Source: Diplonema japonicum (Eukaryota > Protista > Euglenozoa: Diplonemea). From it: a stretch of 50,167 nt of DNA. Positions 32,899 to 44,486 of the stretch are shown in pieces. Location of the stretch: positions 1 to 50,167 of the forward strand of contig OZ025765.1 of NCBI GenBank assembly GCA_964019335.1, in the 5' to 3' direction. A program made the position numbers and the translations under genes. Under the pieces are notes generated by a model. It was not told the DNA's origin. It saw only the letters and a list, made by a program, of their open reading frames with translations, and ran no database searches. How positions within the stretch are numbered: position 1 is the stretch's first letter; every line of letters begins with the position of its first letter.

Positions 32899-33435
32899 TG
32901 GGGGGGGGGGGGGGTGGAATGTACTTTCTTCTATGTCCTCTTCGTTTTCCTTTTATTTTTTCTCCCCCCTCACTTCACTAACAGGTTCACGAAATGAATC
33001 CTTCTGGCGGAGCTTACTTCTCCATCCTCCAACATCTGCACCGAGGGGAATCTTAGAAAGAAAACTGCACTGTGAAGGAGACAGGCAGGAGGGCTTCGAA
33101 GCCCTGCAGCAAGCGCAACACAGCTTCGAGCCCTTCCTGATTGCGACAAGCTGCCGTTCTTGACTAATTTGCTCCTCCACCATCTTCCTGTGTTTTATGT
33201 GAAGAGTATGCCCAGCAGAATGTGGGGTTTTCTTTTCTCGTTCTTAGCATTAAAAAGCTCTTGTGATTACACCAGCCCCTTTCGGACGGCTGGCTTTATT
33301 TGTTAGGGTGGTCCTCAAGTGGAATTTGCCCTTAAACATCGCCTTTGTTTTCCACTTTATTTTCTGTCCTTTATTTCCCATCGAAAGTCATATAAACAGG
33401 TTTTACCTTTCTCTCCTCAACAAGAAGAGAAAAAG

Positions 33436-36400
33436 ATGACGCTGGCTGCCGTGCTGGCGCTCGCCGTGGCTGGGCTTCCCACCATGGAGCACTACAAGTA
33501 CTCGCTGAGCGCGGGGGGCGACATCCAGCTTCCGTTGGAGGGGGAGGAGGAGCAGTTCTCGCGGGCTGCAGCGACGTTGGGGGCCACGCCGTTCACGTCG
33601 ACGCAGCTGCTGTGGCCGAACGGACACGCTCACTACTATGTGGAGACAGCGAAGACGAACGCGGGGAACGCTGCTGACTACTTCCTGCAGAGTGGGGACA
33701 GCAGGATCACGGCGGCTGTCGCACACTGGGAGACGCACACCTGCATCAGGTTCACGAAGTGCAGGTCGTATGCAAGCTGCCCGAAGCCCTTCATGTACTT
33801 CATCTCCGACAAAAGTCAGTGCAACTCGTTCGTCGGGGTGCACTACACGCAGGTGAACCAGATCAACCTGCAGAAAGGCTGCTCCGTTGGTTCGACCATC
33901 CACGAGATCGGGCACGCCCTCGGCCTCGCCCACGAGCAGTCCCGAAACGACCGAGACCAGTACGTTTATGTGGACTTCAACCAGATCAAGTCGACCCCCT
34001 TCGACTTCAGGCCGAACTTCTACAAATCGGGTACGAACGGGCGCGACATCGGCAGCTACGACTACAGGAGCATCATGCACTACGGGCCGACAGGCTTCGC
34101 CAAGGAATCGCTCCCGACGATCGTCTCCCCGCAACCGATCGGGCAGAGGTCGGCCCTGTCTGAGGGAGACATCGCGATGATCCACTTCATGTACAACCGT
34201 TGCAAGAGCACCTTCTCGAAGCCGATCTGCTCCGTGTCCCTTGGCACCGCGACCCGCCACGTCATCCCACACTCCAAACCCTTCACGGTGGAGTTCAATG
34301 CGCTCTACGGATCGGGCATGACCGTGAGCTACGGTGGCGCGATGGCACCCCCTGCAAACAAGCTGTCGTACAGCAAGTCGTCTGGGTCTAGCCTCGGGAA
34401 GGTGGGGAACACGAAAGTGACCTTCACGCCTGCCCAAGCACAGCAGGGACAGGACTACACGATGCGAGCGACCTTCACTGGGAGCGACGGCAAGGCGGAG
34501 ACGTGCAGCGTGGACGTCACTGTGGCGGACTCCGACACGGTTTGCTTCGGGGTGGCCTCGACAGATCCGAAGGTCTGCTCGGGGAGGGGGACCTGCGGGA
34601 CGGACCTCCTCGCCCCCTGCACCTGCGACGGGGCGTACGGTGGGCTTCAGTGCTTCGGCTACGCGAACTGCCCTGACAACCAGCTCCTCTCCTTCGATGA
34701 AGATGTTGGCAGTGTGAACAACTTTGGGGACATCGGGGTCGAGGTTGGCTTCGCAGCGAAGGGTGGCGGCTCCCTGCGCGTCGGTGTCGTCGGAGACCTT
34801 TCTGCCAACGGGCAGGGGCAGCTCACCCTCACCAAGAGCGCTAAACCTGAACGCATCACCTTCTACATGTCGAAGTTCGCCGACCCCACGTCCTCACCCT
34901 CGATCTACTTTCGAGACAAGGCGTCTGGGTCGATCTGCTTCTTCACAGGGATCAACAACGGGGCGTGGCACCTCAACTTCGCCTCCATCAGTGCCGCCAC
35001 CACCCCGAAGACCTTCTTCTTCTTCGACATCCAAGTTGACTGGGCGGCTTCGAAGGTTAGCGTTTCCGTTGACGGGAAGCAGGAGGTGAAGGACAAGTCC
35101 TTTTACCACACTTGCGACACTGGGCTGGACTACATCCTCATGTTCAAGGGAGGGTACTACGATGAGTTCCACTTGTGGTGCACGAGCTACCTGCAGACGA
35201 GTGGTTCCCTCATCGAAGGGATCACGCAGGAGGGTCTCCGGGCAGGGGGTGCGACACTGACCCTGACGCTCGTTGGTGACCACGACGAGTGGGTGAACAC
35301 CGCGGCCACGAAGCAGAAGGTTGTGGCGTCGATGGAGGCGAGCTTCCCGAACGCTGCTGGGTGGAACGCGCTCGAGTCGACGATGCTGGACACCTCTCTG
35401 GTCTCTGTCTCCGGAGCGGTGCTGACGATCGGTCCCCTGCGCCCCGCCCCGACCTTCTCCATCGAGGGGTCTGAGACGGTGTCCATCGGGTTCACGGCTG
35501 ACATGTTCACGAGCGGCACCCCTCCTGCATACTCCAGGGATGAGGCTTCTTTCCTCATCCCTGGCGACTGCACCTCGGGTGTCTTCCTCCCCTTCGACAG
35601 CCTCTCTGACGAGTCTTCCTCGGTCGTTGAGGTCAGCACGTCAGTGAAGAAAGAGGGAGCCGGGTCCCTCACTTGGACAGACTACCGTTACGTGTACGAC
35701 ATCCCGGTCGGTGGCATCCGCCCCCCCACCGCAAGCTTCTATGGAAGGGTTGGTAGTTCAGCATCCAGACTGTACTTCACGATGAAAGATTCTTCCGGAC
35801 AGGAACTTTCCATGATCTTCAACAACAACGGGCAAATCGTCTTCAACACCGGGACTTGGAACTTCCTCTCAGTCACCATCAACCCCAGCAACTGGTACCT
35901 CGTGGAGTTCGAGTTCAATTGGGCAACGAACAAGGTAAAGGTGAAGGTTGGTGGGCAGCAGAAGTTCTCGGGCTCCTTCCCGAGCACTTTCAAGAACATT
36001 GCCACGCTGCGCCTGAGTTCCACCACCTCCTCCACCGGGGTGTACATCGACTCCATCCGCTTCACCTGTCCTGTGAGGGAGCCCCTCTTCGACGTGTCCC
36101 CCTCCTGCCCTGTCCCTGGGGAGGACGCGCCAGTCTTCCACATCTACCAGGCCTCCGACGCGCTGTCCCCCTCTGACCACCTTGCCATCGTGCCCGCGAC
36201 CGCCACGGACTGCTCCTCTGCTGATGTGCAGTGCTCTGCCCTCGACGCCTGCTCGAGCTCTGTCGGGTCGCTTGTGCAGGTGGGTGGTGGTGCCACCGAG
36301 TGGAGCCCTGGAACCCTCCCCTCCCTGAGCCCTCAGACAGAGTACAAGATGTGCTACTACCCTTCCAGCCACGGGAGCTACATCATGCTCGACAGTACTT

Positions 36401-39400
36401 TCACGACCTGTGGGTCTGCTGAGCCGACTTCTGCTCCTGACACAGATGCTCCTGACACAGATGCTCCCGACACAGATGCTCCTGACACGGATGCTCCTGA
36501 CACTGATGCTCCTGACACTGATGCTCCTGACACCGATGCTCCTGACACTGATGCTCCCGACACGGATGCTCCTGACACTGATGCTCCTGACACTGATGCT
36601 CCTGACACTGATGCTCCCGACACGGATGCTCCTGACACTGATGCTCCTGACACCGATGCTCCTGACACCGCCGAGCCAACTTCTGCGCCTGACACGGATG
36701 CTCCCGACACCGCCGAGCCAACTTCCGCTCCCGACACGGATGCTCCTGACACCGCCGAGCCAACTTCTGCGCCTGACACCGATGCTCCCGACACCGCCGA
36801 GCCAACTTCCGCTCCCGACACAGATGCTCCCGACACCGCCGAGCCAACTTCTGCGCCTGACACCGATGCTCCCGACACCGCCGAGCCAACTTCTGCGCCT
36901 GACACCGATGCTCCCGACACCGCCGAGCCAACTTCCGCTCCCGACACAGATGCTCCTGACACCGCCGAGCCAACTTCTGCGCCTGACACGGATGCTCCCG
37001 ACACCGCCGAGCCAACTTCCGCTCCCGACACGGATGCTCCTGACACCGCCGAGCCAACTTCTGCGCCTGACACCGATGCTCCCGACACCGCCGAGCCAAC
37101 TTCCGCTCCCGACACAGATGCTCCCGACACCGCCGAGCCAACTTCTGCGCCTGACACCGATGCTCCTGACACCGCCGAGCCAACTTCTGCGCCTGACACG
37201 GATGCTCCCGACACCGCCGAGCCAACTTCTGCGCCTGACACCGATGCTCCCGACACCGCCGAGCCAACTTCCGCTCCCGACACGGATGCTCCTGACACCG
37301 CCGAGCCAACTTCTGCGCCTGACACCGATGCTCCTGACACCGCCGAGCCAACTTCCGCTCCCGACACAGATGCTCCCGACACCGCCGAGCCAACTTCTGC
37401 GCCTGACACCGATGCTCCTGACACCGCCGAGCCAACTTCTGCGCCTGACACGGATGCTCCCGACACCGCCGAGCCAACTTCTGCGCCTGACACCGATGCT
37501 CCCGACACCGCCGAGCCAACTTCCGCTCCCGACACGGATGCTCCTGACACCGCCGAGCCAACTTCTGCGCCTGACACCGATGCTCCCGACACCGCCGAGC
37601 CAACTTCCGCTCCCGACACAGATGCTCCCGACACCGCCGAGCCAACTTCTGCGCCTGACACCGATGCTCCCGACACCGCCGAGCCAACTTCCGCTCCCGA
37701 CACAGATGCTCCTGACACCGCCGAGCCAACTTCTGCGCCTGACACAGATGCTCCTGACACCGCCGAGCCAACTTCCGCTCCCGACACAGATGCTCCCGAC
37801 ACCGCCGAGCCAACTTCTGCGCCTGACACCGATGCTCCCGACACCGCCGAGCCAACTTCCGCTCCCGACACAGATGCTCCTGACACCGCCGAGCCAACTT
37901 CTGCGCCTGACACGGATGCTCCCGACACCGCCGAGCCAACTTCCGCTCCCGACACAGATGCTCCCGACACCGCCGAGCCAACTTCTGCGCCTGACACGGA
38001 TGCTCCCGACACCGCCGAGCCAACTTCCGCTCCCGACACAGATGCTCCTGACACCGCCGAGCCAACTTCTGCGCCTGACACAGATGCTCCCGACACCGCC
38101 GAGCCAACTTCCGCTCCCGACACAGATGCTCCCGACACCGCCGAGCCAACTTCTGCGCCTGACACGGATGCTCCTGACACCGGTGCTCCCGACACGGATG
38201 CTCCTGACACAGATGCTCCAGACACCGATGCTCCTGACACAAAAGCACCTGACACTGATGCTCCTGACACCGCCGAGCCAACTTCCGCACCTGACACACC
38301 TGCACCGAAGACACCCGCTCCGGACACGCCAGTGCCGATGGAGCCAGCAGCCCCAGTTGAGGTAGGGTGCTTCAGGGTGAGGTCCGGTGTGTTGAGCAAG
38401 GCGGTGTACAGGGGAGGGGGCAACACGGTGGACAAGTGTGCGACGCTCTGCAAGTTCCACGGGTACCGCTTCGCGGGCCTGAGGGGCAGCGAGTGCAAGT
38501 GCGGGGACAGCGTGGAGGCGGCGGAGAGGACGAAGACCTCTACTTGCGGGTGGAGGTGCAGCGGGAACAGCGGGGAGCGGTGTGGGGCGACGAACTTCCA
38601 GACTGTGTACCTGACGGACGGGTCGGTGTACGAGGCACCGAAGGCGACGTACGCGGGGTGCTACAAGGACGGGGCTGCGAGGGTGTTCCCTGTGCGAGCC
38701 TACTCCAGCAGTCTGAACACGGTGGCGGAGTGCACGTCGGTGTGCTTCCACAACGGGTACGCGGTTGCGGGGCTGCAGTACGGGAAGGAGTGCTGGTGCG
38801 GGAGGGAGCTGTCGAGTATGAAGAGGGTGCTCGACGAGGACTGCGATGTGCCCTGCACGGGGGAGGCAGGGGAGGCTTGCGGGGGGATCTACCGCAACAC
38901 CGTCTTCACGAGGGACCCGGACCTGGGGTGCTACATGGTGGACAAGGCGGCGAGGGTGCTGGACACGAGGGTTGCTGCGTGGTCGCCGTCGTCGCCGTCG
39001 TCGTCGTGTCCCGAGGAGTGCGCGACGCGCAACTTCAAGTACTCAGGAGAGGAGGAGAATGGGTCGGAGTGCTGGTGCGGAAACGGTCCGATCGACAAAA
39101 TGCCGAGGGTGGAATCCTGTACAGGGAGGGCAGCAGCAGCTGTAAGCCACACGGAAGGGGAGCTGCACAGGAAGATCGAGGCCTCGTTCCTGGGGTGCTT
39201 CAAGGACAAGGCTGGAGACAGGATGTTCCCCCTCCGCGCCTACGGGAGCAACTCGAACACGATCGAGGCGTGCACCGCTGTGTGCTTCCACAACGGGTAC
39301 AGGATGGCAGCCATGCAGAACGGGAAGGAGTGCTGGTGCGGACAGGAGGTCCCGTCGAGTGCTCAGATGGTGCGGGCGGACGACTGCTGGAGCAAGCGGT

Positions 39401-39765
39401 GCACGGGGGACGTGTCGCAGTCCTGCGGTGATGCCTTCAGGAACAAGGTGTACGTGCAGAAGGGGAGGGAACCGGCGCCCGCCGCCTTCACCTACGAAGG
39501 CTGCTACCGCGACGGCAGCGGCTCCAACAGGGCGCTCCCTGTGCGGGCCTACTCGAGCTGGGTCAACACGGTCGAGATGTGCACCGCAGTCTGCTTCCAC
39601 AACGGCTACACGGTCGCAGGGCTCCAGTACAGGAAGGAGTGCTGGTGCGGCCACGCCATCTCTTCGGAGAAGATCTCAGACAGGCACTGCAAGTCCTCCT
39701 GCACCGGGAACTCCTCCCAGAAGTGCGGCTACGCCTACAGGCACTCCGTTTACAGGAAGGCGTGA
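33436..39765 (+). CDS. Secreted astacin-EGF-mucin stalk-5xWSC protein (copy 2, expanded stalk)
   Basis: Near-identical to 19513..24675. The start was set at the ATG (33436) equivalent to copy 1. Confidence 0.93.
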   Translation: MTLAAVLALAVAGLPTMEHYKYSLSAGGDIQLPLEGEEEQFSRAAATLGATPFTSTQLLWPNGHAHYYVETAKTNAGNAADYFLQSGDSRITAAVAHWETHTCIRFTKCRSYASCPKPFMYFISDKSQCNSFVGVHYTQVNQINLQKGCSVGSTIHEIGHALGLAHEQSRNDRDQYVYVDFNQIKSTPFDFRPNFYKSGTNGRDIGSYDYRSIMHYGPTGFAKESLPTIVSPQPIGQRSALSEGDIAMIHFMYNRCKSTFSKPICSVSLGTATRHVIPHSKPFTVEFNALYGSGMTVSYGGAMAPPANKLSYSKSSGSSLGKVGNTKVTFTPAQAQQGQDYTMRATFTGSDGKAETCSVDVTVADSDTVCFGVASTDPKVCSGRGTCGTDLLAPCTCDGAYGGLQCFGYANCPDNQLLSFDEDVGSVNNFGDIGVEVGFAAKGGGSLRVGVVGDLSANGQGQLTLTKSAKPERITFYMSKFADPTSSPSIYFRDKASGSICFFTGINNGAWHLNFASISAATTPKTFFFFDIQVDWAASKVSVSVDGKQEVKDKSFYHTCDTGLDYILMFKGGYYDEFHLWCTSYLQTSGSLIEGITQEGLRAGGATLTLTLVGDHDEWVNTAATKQKVVASMEASFPNAAGWNALESTMLDTSLVSVSGAVLTIGPLRPAPTFSIEGSETVSIGFTADMFTSGTPPAYSRDEASFLIPGDCTSGVFLPFDSLSDESSSVVEVSTSVKKEGAGSLTWTDYRYVYDIPVGGIRPPTASFYGRVGSSASRLYFTMKDSSGQELSMIFNNNGQIVFNTGTWNFLSVTINPSNWYLVEFEFNWATNKVKVKVGGQQKFSGSFPSTFKNIATLRLSSTTSSTGVYIDSIRFTCPVREPLFDVSPSCPVPGEDAPVFHIYQASDALSPSDHLAIVPATATDCSSADVQCSALDACSSSVGSLVQVGGGATEWSPGTLPSLSPQTEYKMCYYPSSHGSYIMLDSTFTTCGSAEPTSAPDTDAPDTDAPDTDAPDTDAPDTDAPDTDAPDTDAPDTDAPDTDAPDTDAPDTDAPDTDAPDTDAPDTDAPDTDAPDTAEPTSAPDTDAPDTAEPTSAPDTDAPDTAEPTSAPDTDAPDTAEPTSAPDTDAPDTAEPTSAPDTDAPDTAEPTSAPDTDAPDTAEPTSAPDTDAPDTAEPTSAPDTDAPDTAEPTSAPDTDAPDTAEPTSAPDTDAPDTAEPTSAPDTDAPDTAEPTSAPDTDAPDTAEPTSAPDTDAPDTAEPTSAPDTDAPDTAEPTSAPDTDAPDTAEPTSAPDTDAPDTAEPTSAPDTDAPDTAEPTSAPDTDAPDTAEPTSAPDTDAPDTAEPTSAPDTDAPDTAEPTSAPDTDAPDTAEPTSAPDTDAPDTAEPTSAPDTDAPDTAEPTSAPDTDAPDTAEPTSAPDTDAPDTAEPTSAPDTDAPDTAEPTSAPDTDAPDTAEPTSAPDTDAPDTAEPTSAPDTDAPDTAEPTSAPDTDAPDTAEPTSAPDTDAPDTAEPTSAPDTDAPDTAEPTSAPDTDAPDTAEPTSAPDTDAPDTAEPTSAPDTDAPDTAEPTSAPDTDAPDTGAPDTDAPDTDAPDTDAPDTKAPDTDAPDTAEPTSAPDTPAPKTPAPDTPVPMEPAAPVEVGCFRVRSGVLSKAVYRGGGNTVDKCATLCKFHGYRFAGLRGSECKCGDSVEAAERTKTSTCGWRCSGNSGERCGATNFQTVYLTDGSVYEAPKATYAGCYKDGAARVFPVRAYSSSLNTVAECTSVCFHNGYAVAGLQYGKECWCGRELSSMKRVLDEDCDVPCTGEAGEACGGIYRNTVFTRDPDLGCYMVDKAARVLDTRVAAWSPSSPSSSCPEECATRNFKYSGEEENGSECWCGNGPIDKMPRVESCTGRAAAAVSHTEGELHRKIEASFLGCFKDKAGDRMFPLRAYGSNSNTIEACTAVCFHNGYRMAAMQNGKECWCGQEVPSSAQMVRADDCWSKRCTGDVSQSCGDAFRNKVYVQKGREPAPAAFTYEGCYRDGSGSNRALPVRAYSSWVNTVEMCTAVCFHNGYTVAGLQYRKECWCGHAISSEKISDRHCKSSCTGNSSQKCGYAYRHSVYRKA
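36418..38330 (+). repeat. Coding minisatellite: ~15 x 15-bp PDTDA, then ~36 x 42-bp PDTDAPDTAEPTSA
   Basis: Directly visible; unit counts are estimated from coordinates. Confidence 0.95.
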
Positions 39766-41054
39766 AAAAGAAAAAGTATTTCTGGTGTAAAATGGACGTG
39801 AAAATAATATTTTACATTGAATTATTGTGTTGTTCTTCCTCTCTACTTCCCTTTCACTTTCTCTCTCTTTTTCTTTTTTTCTATGTGCTTTTTGGAGGTA
39901 AACGGAAACATTTCTATTTAAAAAAAAAAAAAAATTCTTTTACCTACCCTAAAAGTTGTTGTTCTCTCGTTTAATTTTTATTTTGTACTTTTTATTTCAC
40001 CTCTATGTCATTTTTTTTTTTTTTTTTTCAAAACTCTCAGAGAGGAAGGGAAAAAAAAAAAAAAAAAAAAAAAAAAAAAGCCTTTAGAAATTCTAAAAAA
40101 AGAAGAAAGAGAAAAGAAAATTGCGAAGAGTGTGGCTTGACGTCGGTACCACCAGTGGGTGAATAAAGGGAAATCTCTACCCTACTGGCAGGTCTGGCTA
40201 TAGAAGGGAGAATATCTGGTCACTTGCAAGAAAGAAAAGCTTGAGGTGCGCTTATTGTGCCGGCAAGTAATAAGAATGTTGATCAGATGGGTTGCAAAAT
40301 TTGTGGCTAAATAAATTGATAAAACTGTCACAATTTTTCTTCAACCCGGCTGATCTAAGAAAGCAAAGTTTGACCCCCTTCCCCCCCCGCAAACTCTTTT
40401 ATGCAATTTTTCTTCTTCTTCTTCTTTTTTTTTTTTTTAAATGTCAAGGTCTTTTTATTACATCTTACTTCTCCCCTTCCTCTCTGCTGAGACAAAACAG
40501 AACAAAAAAAAACACCTATTTATTCAAACCCCCCCCCATTTTTTTTTAATGAAAGCAATCTGGCAACTTATAGGTTGCCATTATTCCCCCATTTTCTGCG
40601 ACTACTGTGTGTTATCAAAACACCCCTCCCCCCTTTTTTTTATTGAAAGATTTCTTTTTTGTTTATTTTTTACGGTATTTATCCAGGATTTTATACCGTG
40701 TGCAAACTGCTACTGACTCTATTTTTGTACCTTGTGAAGCCTTTTCTCGTCCCTTCTTGATACTTTTTTTTTTTTTTTTTTTTTTTTAAACACGCCTCAG
40801 ATTTCTCATATGAAGCCTTTTACCTTCCTTATAGGTACTTTTGTTCTTGGATAGAATCAACTTTTGTATTGTGCTAAAAAAAAAATAAGAAAGGTTCTCG
40901 TGCAGCAAAAGGGAGAGAATTTGGAGGCTTTTTTTTTTTTTTTTTTTTTCCCCCATCTAGTAGACAGTTCTTGTGCCGCCAACACCGGCCTCCTTTAGCT
41001 CTTAAGTAAATAAATTAATATTTTTTTTTTCCCGTCACGATTTCCCGGTGAAAC

Positions 41055-41119
<65 letters not shown>

Positions 41120-41223
41120 GAGGAAATGGCTCAAATAAGAAATCCGAGTAAAGAAAAAAAAAAAAAAAAAAGAGGAAAAAAAGAAGAATTCTTTCTTCCT
41201 TTCCTTAAAAAAATCAAGAAGGC

Positions 41224-41256
<33 letters not shown>

Positions 41257-41646
41257 TCCCCCCCCCCCCCCCACCTCCTCCCTCCTCTCACACAGATATT
41301 TCCCCCTCAAAATCGATTAAAAACTGACAACAAAAAAAAAAAGAAAAGAAAAAAGAATTGCAGAAGAAAGAACCAACAAGAAAAAAAAAAGGGAAAAGGA
41401 AAAAAAAAAAGAAAAAAAAGAAAAAAAAAAAAAAAAAGGAAAGAAAGAGTAATTGGTAGCATTGTTGGGGGGTTTTTTTTTTTTGTTCCTTCTATTCATT
41501 CTACAGAGGTGAACCCCCCTGCACAAACAACAATCAAAAACTGGCTCTTTTTTCCCTTTTTTTTTTTTTTTTCTTTTTTTTTTTTCCTTCTTCTTCGTTT
41601 TGCACGTCTTTTCTTATTTTAACAAAAAAAAGAAAAAAAGAAAAAG

Positions 41647-41682
<36 letters not shown>

Positions 41683-42044
41683 AACTCTTATTATGGGTCC
41701 TTAAGTGGCTCCGTGGTTCAATATTCCTTGTTATTTTTTTTTCCCCCCAGGTGGGATAACAGTTGGCCATCACCGGTGGCACCCGAGTGGAAGAACGCAT
41801 TACAGATGCTCAGGGTGTCGTACAGTGGCCTCCTTTATCTCTCTCTATATATATATATATTTTTTTTTTTTCTTTCTTTTTAATCTTAAAGCCTCTCTCA
41901 GCCCTCTTTTTTTAAAATCCTTATTACATGTGTTGTTACAACATAGCGAAACACCCCCCCTTTTTTTTTCCCTCCCTTTCATTTTTTCATTGTCTTTCGC
42001 CCTTTTTGCTAAGGGGGAAAATGGGAAGAATGTCATAAATCTCC

Positions 42045-42076
<32 letters not shown>

Positions 42077-42738
42077 AAAAAATTTTTTTTTTCCTTTATG
42101 AACAAAAACATAATGTTATTGTAGTTCAAAAAAAAAAAAAAAAAAAAAAAAAAGAAAGAAAGAAAGAAAAAAAAAGAATTGTTGAGCTGTGTAATGTGTT
42201 GCGAAAATAATCTCTTTACTAGGGAAGATGTCGGTAACCGTTCTGCGCAAATAAAGGATAACTTGCCCATGCACACTGAAACTTTATCGAATTTCTTTTT
42301 CATTTTTTAAACTGAATGTGCGAATTTTCTTTTTTCCTTTTTTTAAAGGGACACAACAGCTTCCCTCGAAAAAAGAAAAGATAGTAGAAGTAGCTCGGGG
42401 CCACCAGCCCACCGGAAGAAAAGAAAAAAAAAAAGAAGAGAAAAGAAAAAAAAAACAAAAGAAGGGGGAAAATCTTTTTTTTTTCTAAGCTAACCCCCTT
42501 TTTTTTTCTTCTTTACTCGAAAAAAGAAAAATGAGAAACCGACCACATACATTTTTTTCGTAACCCCCCCCCCCCCCCCCCCCCCCCTCGGGTTGATTCT
42601 ACCGTGCAACCCATAAAATGAAACTTTTCTCTTTCTCCCTCAACTCCCTCTTCTTTTTTTTTTTTTTTTAAAGGATTTTTTCAACCGACAATAAAAAAAA
42701 AAAAAAGACACCACAAGAAAAAAAAAAAAAAAAAAAAA

Positions 42739-43503
42739 ATGCTGTCTATCATTGCCGCGTCCATGTCGGTAGCATTGCTGCCGCTCCCGAACAGTGGGGG
42801 GACTCTCCCGACACTCCCGACTCTCCCGACCACAGGGGGCGGCGGGGGCAGGCCCGGGCCTCCCAACAAGGGAACGGTCGAGTGGGTGGGCCCCGTGCAG
42901 AGGAGCATCACTGTTGTCGAAGTCGATCAGAAATCTGTGGTTGAGGACCAAGTCTCCAAGCAGAAGTGGACAGCCATCCCCGACTGGCTGCATTACTCCA
43001 CCGCCCACCTTCTTGCTGCCGGAGTGGCGGGTATGGAACTGAAACTGTCGTGCCCCCTGGACAATGGGGACAACATCCCATGCACCTTCTATGTGGTTCT
43101 GTACAACTGCATCCCTTGCAGCACCGCCGGGAACGGTGGTCTGCCCAGCGAGCTTCTTGCCAAGGATTTCGTGACAGGTGGCTGCGGCCCTAGGTACCAC
43201 CCTGTGTTCCCCTTCGAACCCTCCAAGGAGAGAGAGTACCAGACTGCTATTTACAAGATGGAGGTGGCTGCCGGGGACAGTGTGACTGTTCCCTTGGTGA
43301 GGGAGCTCACCCATGCTGCTATCTTTGAGTTGTCTGTCGGGCAGCAGTGTAGCCTGGCTACCTCGTTGACATGTGCTTCCAAGGCTGGCTGTGTCTTAGA
43401 CAATGCTTCCATGAAATGTGTCGACGCACCTATGTGCCCGATGAAGTTCAAGGGACCTGTGCAGGGAGAGACCAAGAAGTGTGCTTGCTTCACGGCACCA
43501 TAG
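42739..43503 (+). CDS. Hypothetical secreted cysteine-rich protein
   Basis: ATG after a long A-run, hydrophobic signal-like N-terminus, coding-like composition within AT-rich flanks, and multiple Cys. No family recognised. Confidence 0.8.
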   Translation: MLSIIAASMSVALLPLPNSGGTLPTLPTLPTTGGGGGRPGPPNKGTVEWVGPVQRSITVVEVDQKSVVEDQVSKQKWTAIPDWLHYSTAHLLAAGVAGMELKLSCPLDNGDNIPCTFYVVLYNCIPCSTAGNGGLPSELLAKDFVTGGCGPRYHPVFPFEPSKEREYQTAIYKMEVAAGDSVTVPLVRELTHAAIFELSVGQQCSLATSLTCASKAGCVLDNASMKCVDAPMCPMKFKGPVQGETKKCACFTAP

Positions 43504-43816
43504 GTTGGGGAAGAAGTGGGAATAATAAATAAATAATAATAATAAAAAAAAATTCCTCCTGTGTGCGAAAAAAAAAAAAAAAAAAAAAAAAAAACGGTTA
43601 AGCATGAAGGGGATAAATAAAAAAAAATCACCTTTTTTTTGCGCCTGTTTCTCCCCCCCCCGCATTTCCCCCCCCATTTTTTATTTTATGCTGTTTCACC
43701 CCCCCCCCAAAAAAATGATGTAAAAGGATAGAGAAAAAAAAATATGAAAAGAGGGAGAAGGGGCGGGGGGAGGGTGAAGGAAGAGGGAGGGCCCTTTATC
43801 TTTTTATTTTCTTCCT

Positions 43817-43850
<34 letters not shown>

Positions 43851-44383
43851 CCTCCTCTTTTTGTTATTTTTTCTTTCCCCCATCTCCTTTTTTCTTTTTT
43901 CTTTTCTTCTTTCCCCCCCTTTTTTTTCTTTTAGTTGTCCTTTTCATCATTTGTTCCCCCCTCCCCGCCCGCCCCTGCCTTTTTTCTTTTTTTCTTTTGT
44001 TTCCCCCACCACATACAATATATTTCTTTTTCTTTCTTTCTTTCTTTCCTTTTACTTTCTCCCTTCTTCATTTTTCTTTATTTAAACTACTGGATGTGCA
44101 CTTAATAGGGAACGAAAGAAAATATTTGAAACGGAAAAAGGAGAAAAAAAAAAATGCTTGAAAAGCGAAAACCTGGAACTTTCCCCCGGTATTTGTTATC
44201 TTAGCTTCTTAAGCACCGGGCTACAGAGGTCCCGGATATATCTTTTTTCTTTTGGGACTTTTTGCAAGAACGAGTCTTTGGCTTGTCTAACCAAAAGGGA
44301 AACGTTGGTAACGTGTTTCAGATTGACAAGCTTCTCCAGGTTTTACCCGGACCGTACAAAACAACGGTGCTTTTTTTTTTTCC

Positions 44384-44440
44384 CGACCCCCAAAAAGGGG
44401 AGCATCGTGACGCCACCGCGGTGGGCCGTTGTTAAACCAC
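44384..44440 (+). mobile_element. Solo 3'-tail fragment of the LINE at 27395-31740
   Basis: CGACCCC..AAAAGGGGAGCATC..ACGCCACCGCGG.GGGCCGTTG..AACCAC matches 31659-31720. Confidence 0.8.
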
Positions 44441-44486
44441 ACGAAATTTAAAAAAAAAAAAAAAAAAAGGGGAAAAAAAAAAAAAA

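Noticed and set aside
36418-38330. CRISPR-like array
   Set aside because: Units are contiguous with no unique spacers, lie in frame within a CDS, and the context is eukaryotic.
21955-38751. Long antisense and alternate-frame ORFs over the PDTDA repeats (e.g. 960, 706, 651, 637 aa)
   Set aside because: By-products of stop-free coding minisatellites whose unit length is a multiple of three.
39800-42730. Poly-K and poly-F ORFs in the intergenic region
   Set aside because: Translations of A/T homopolymer tracts, whose lengths may also reflect sequencing error.
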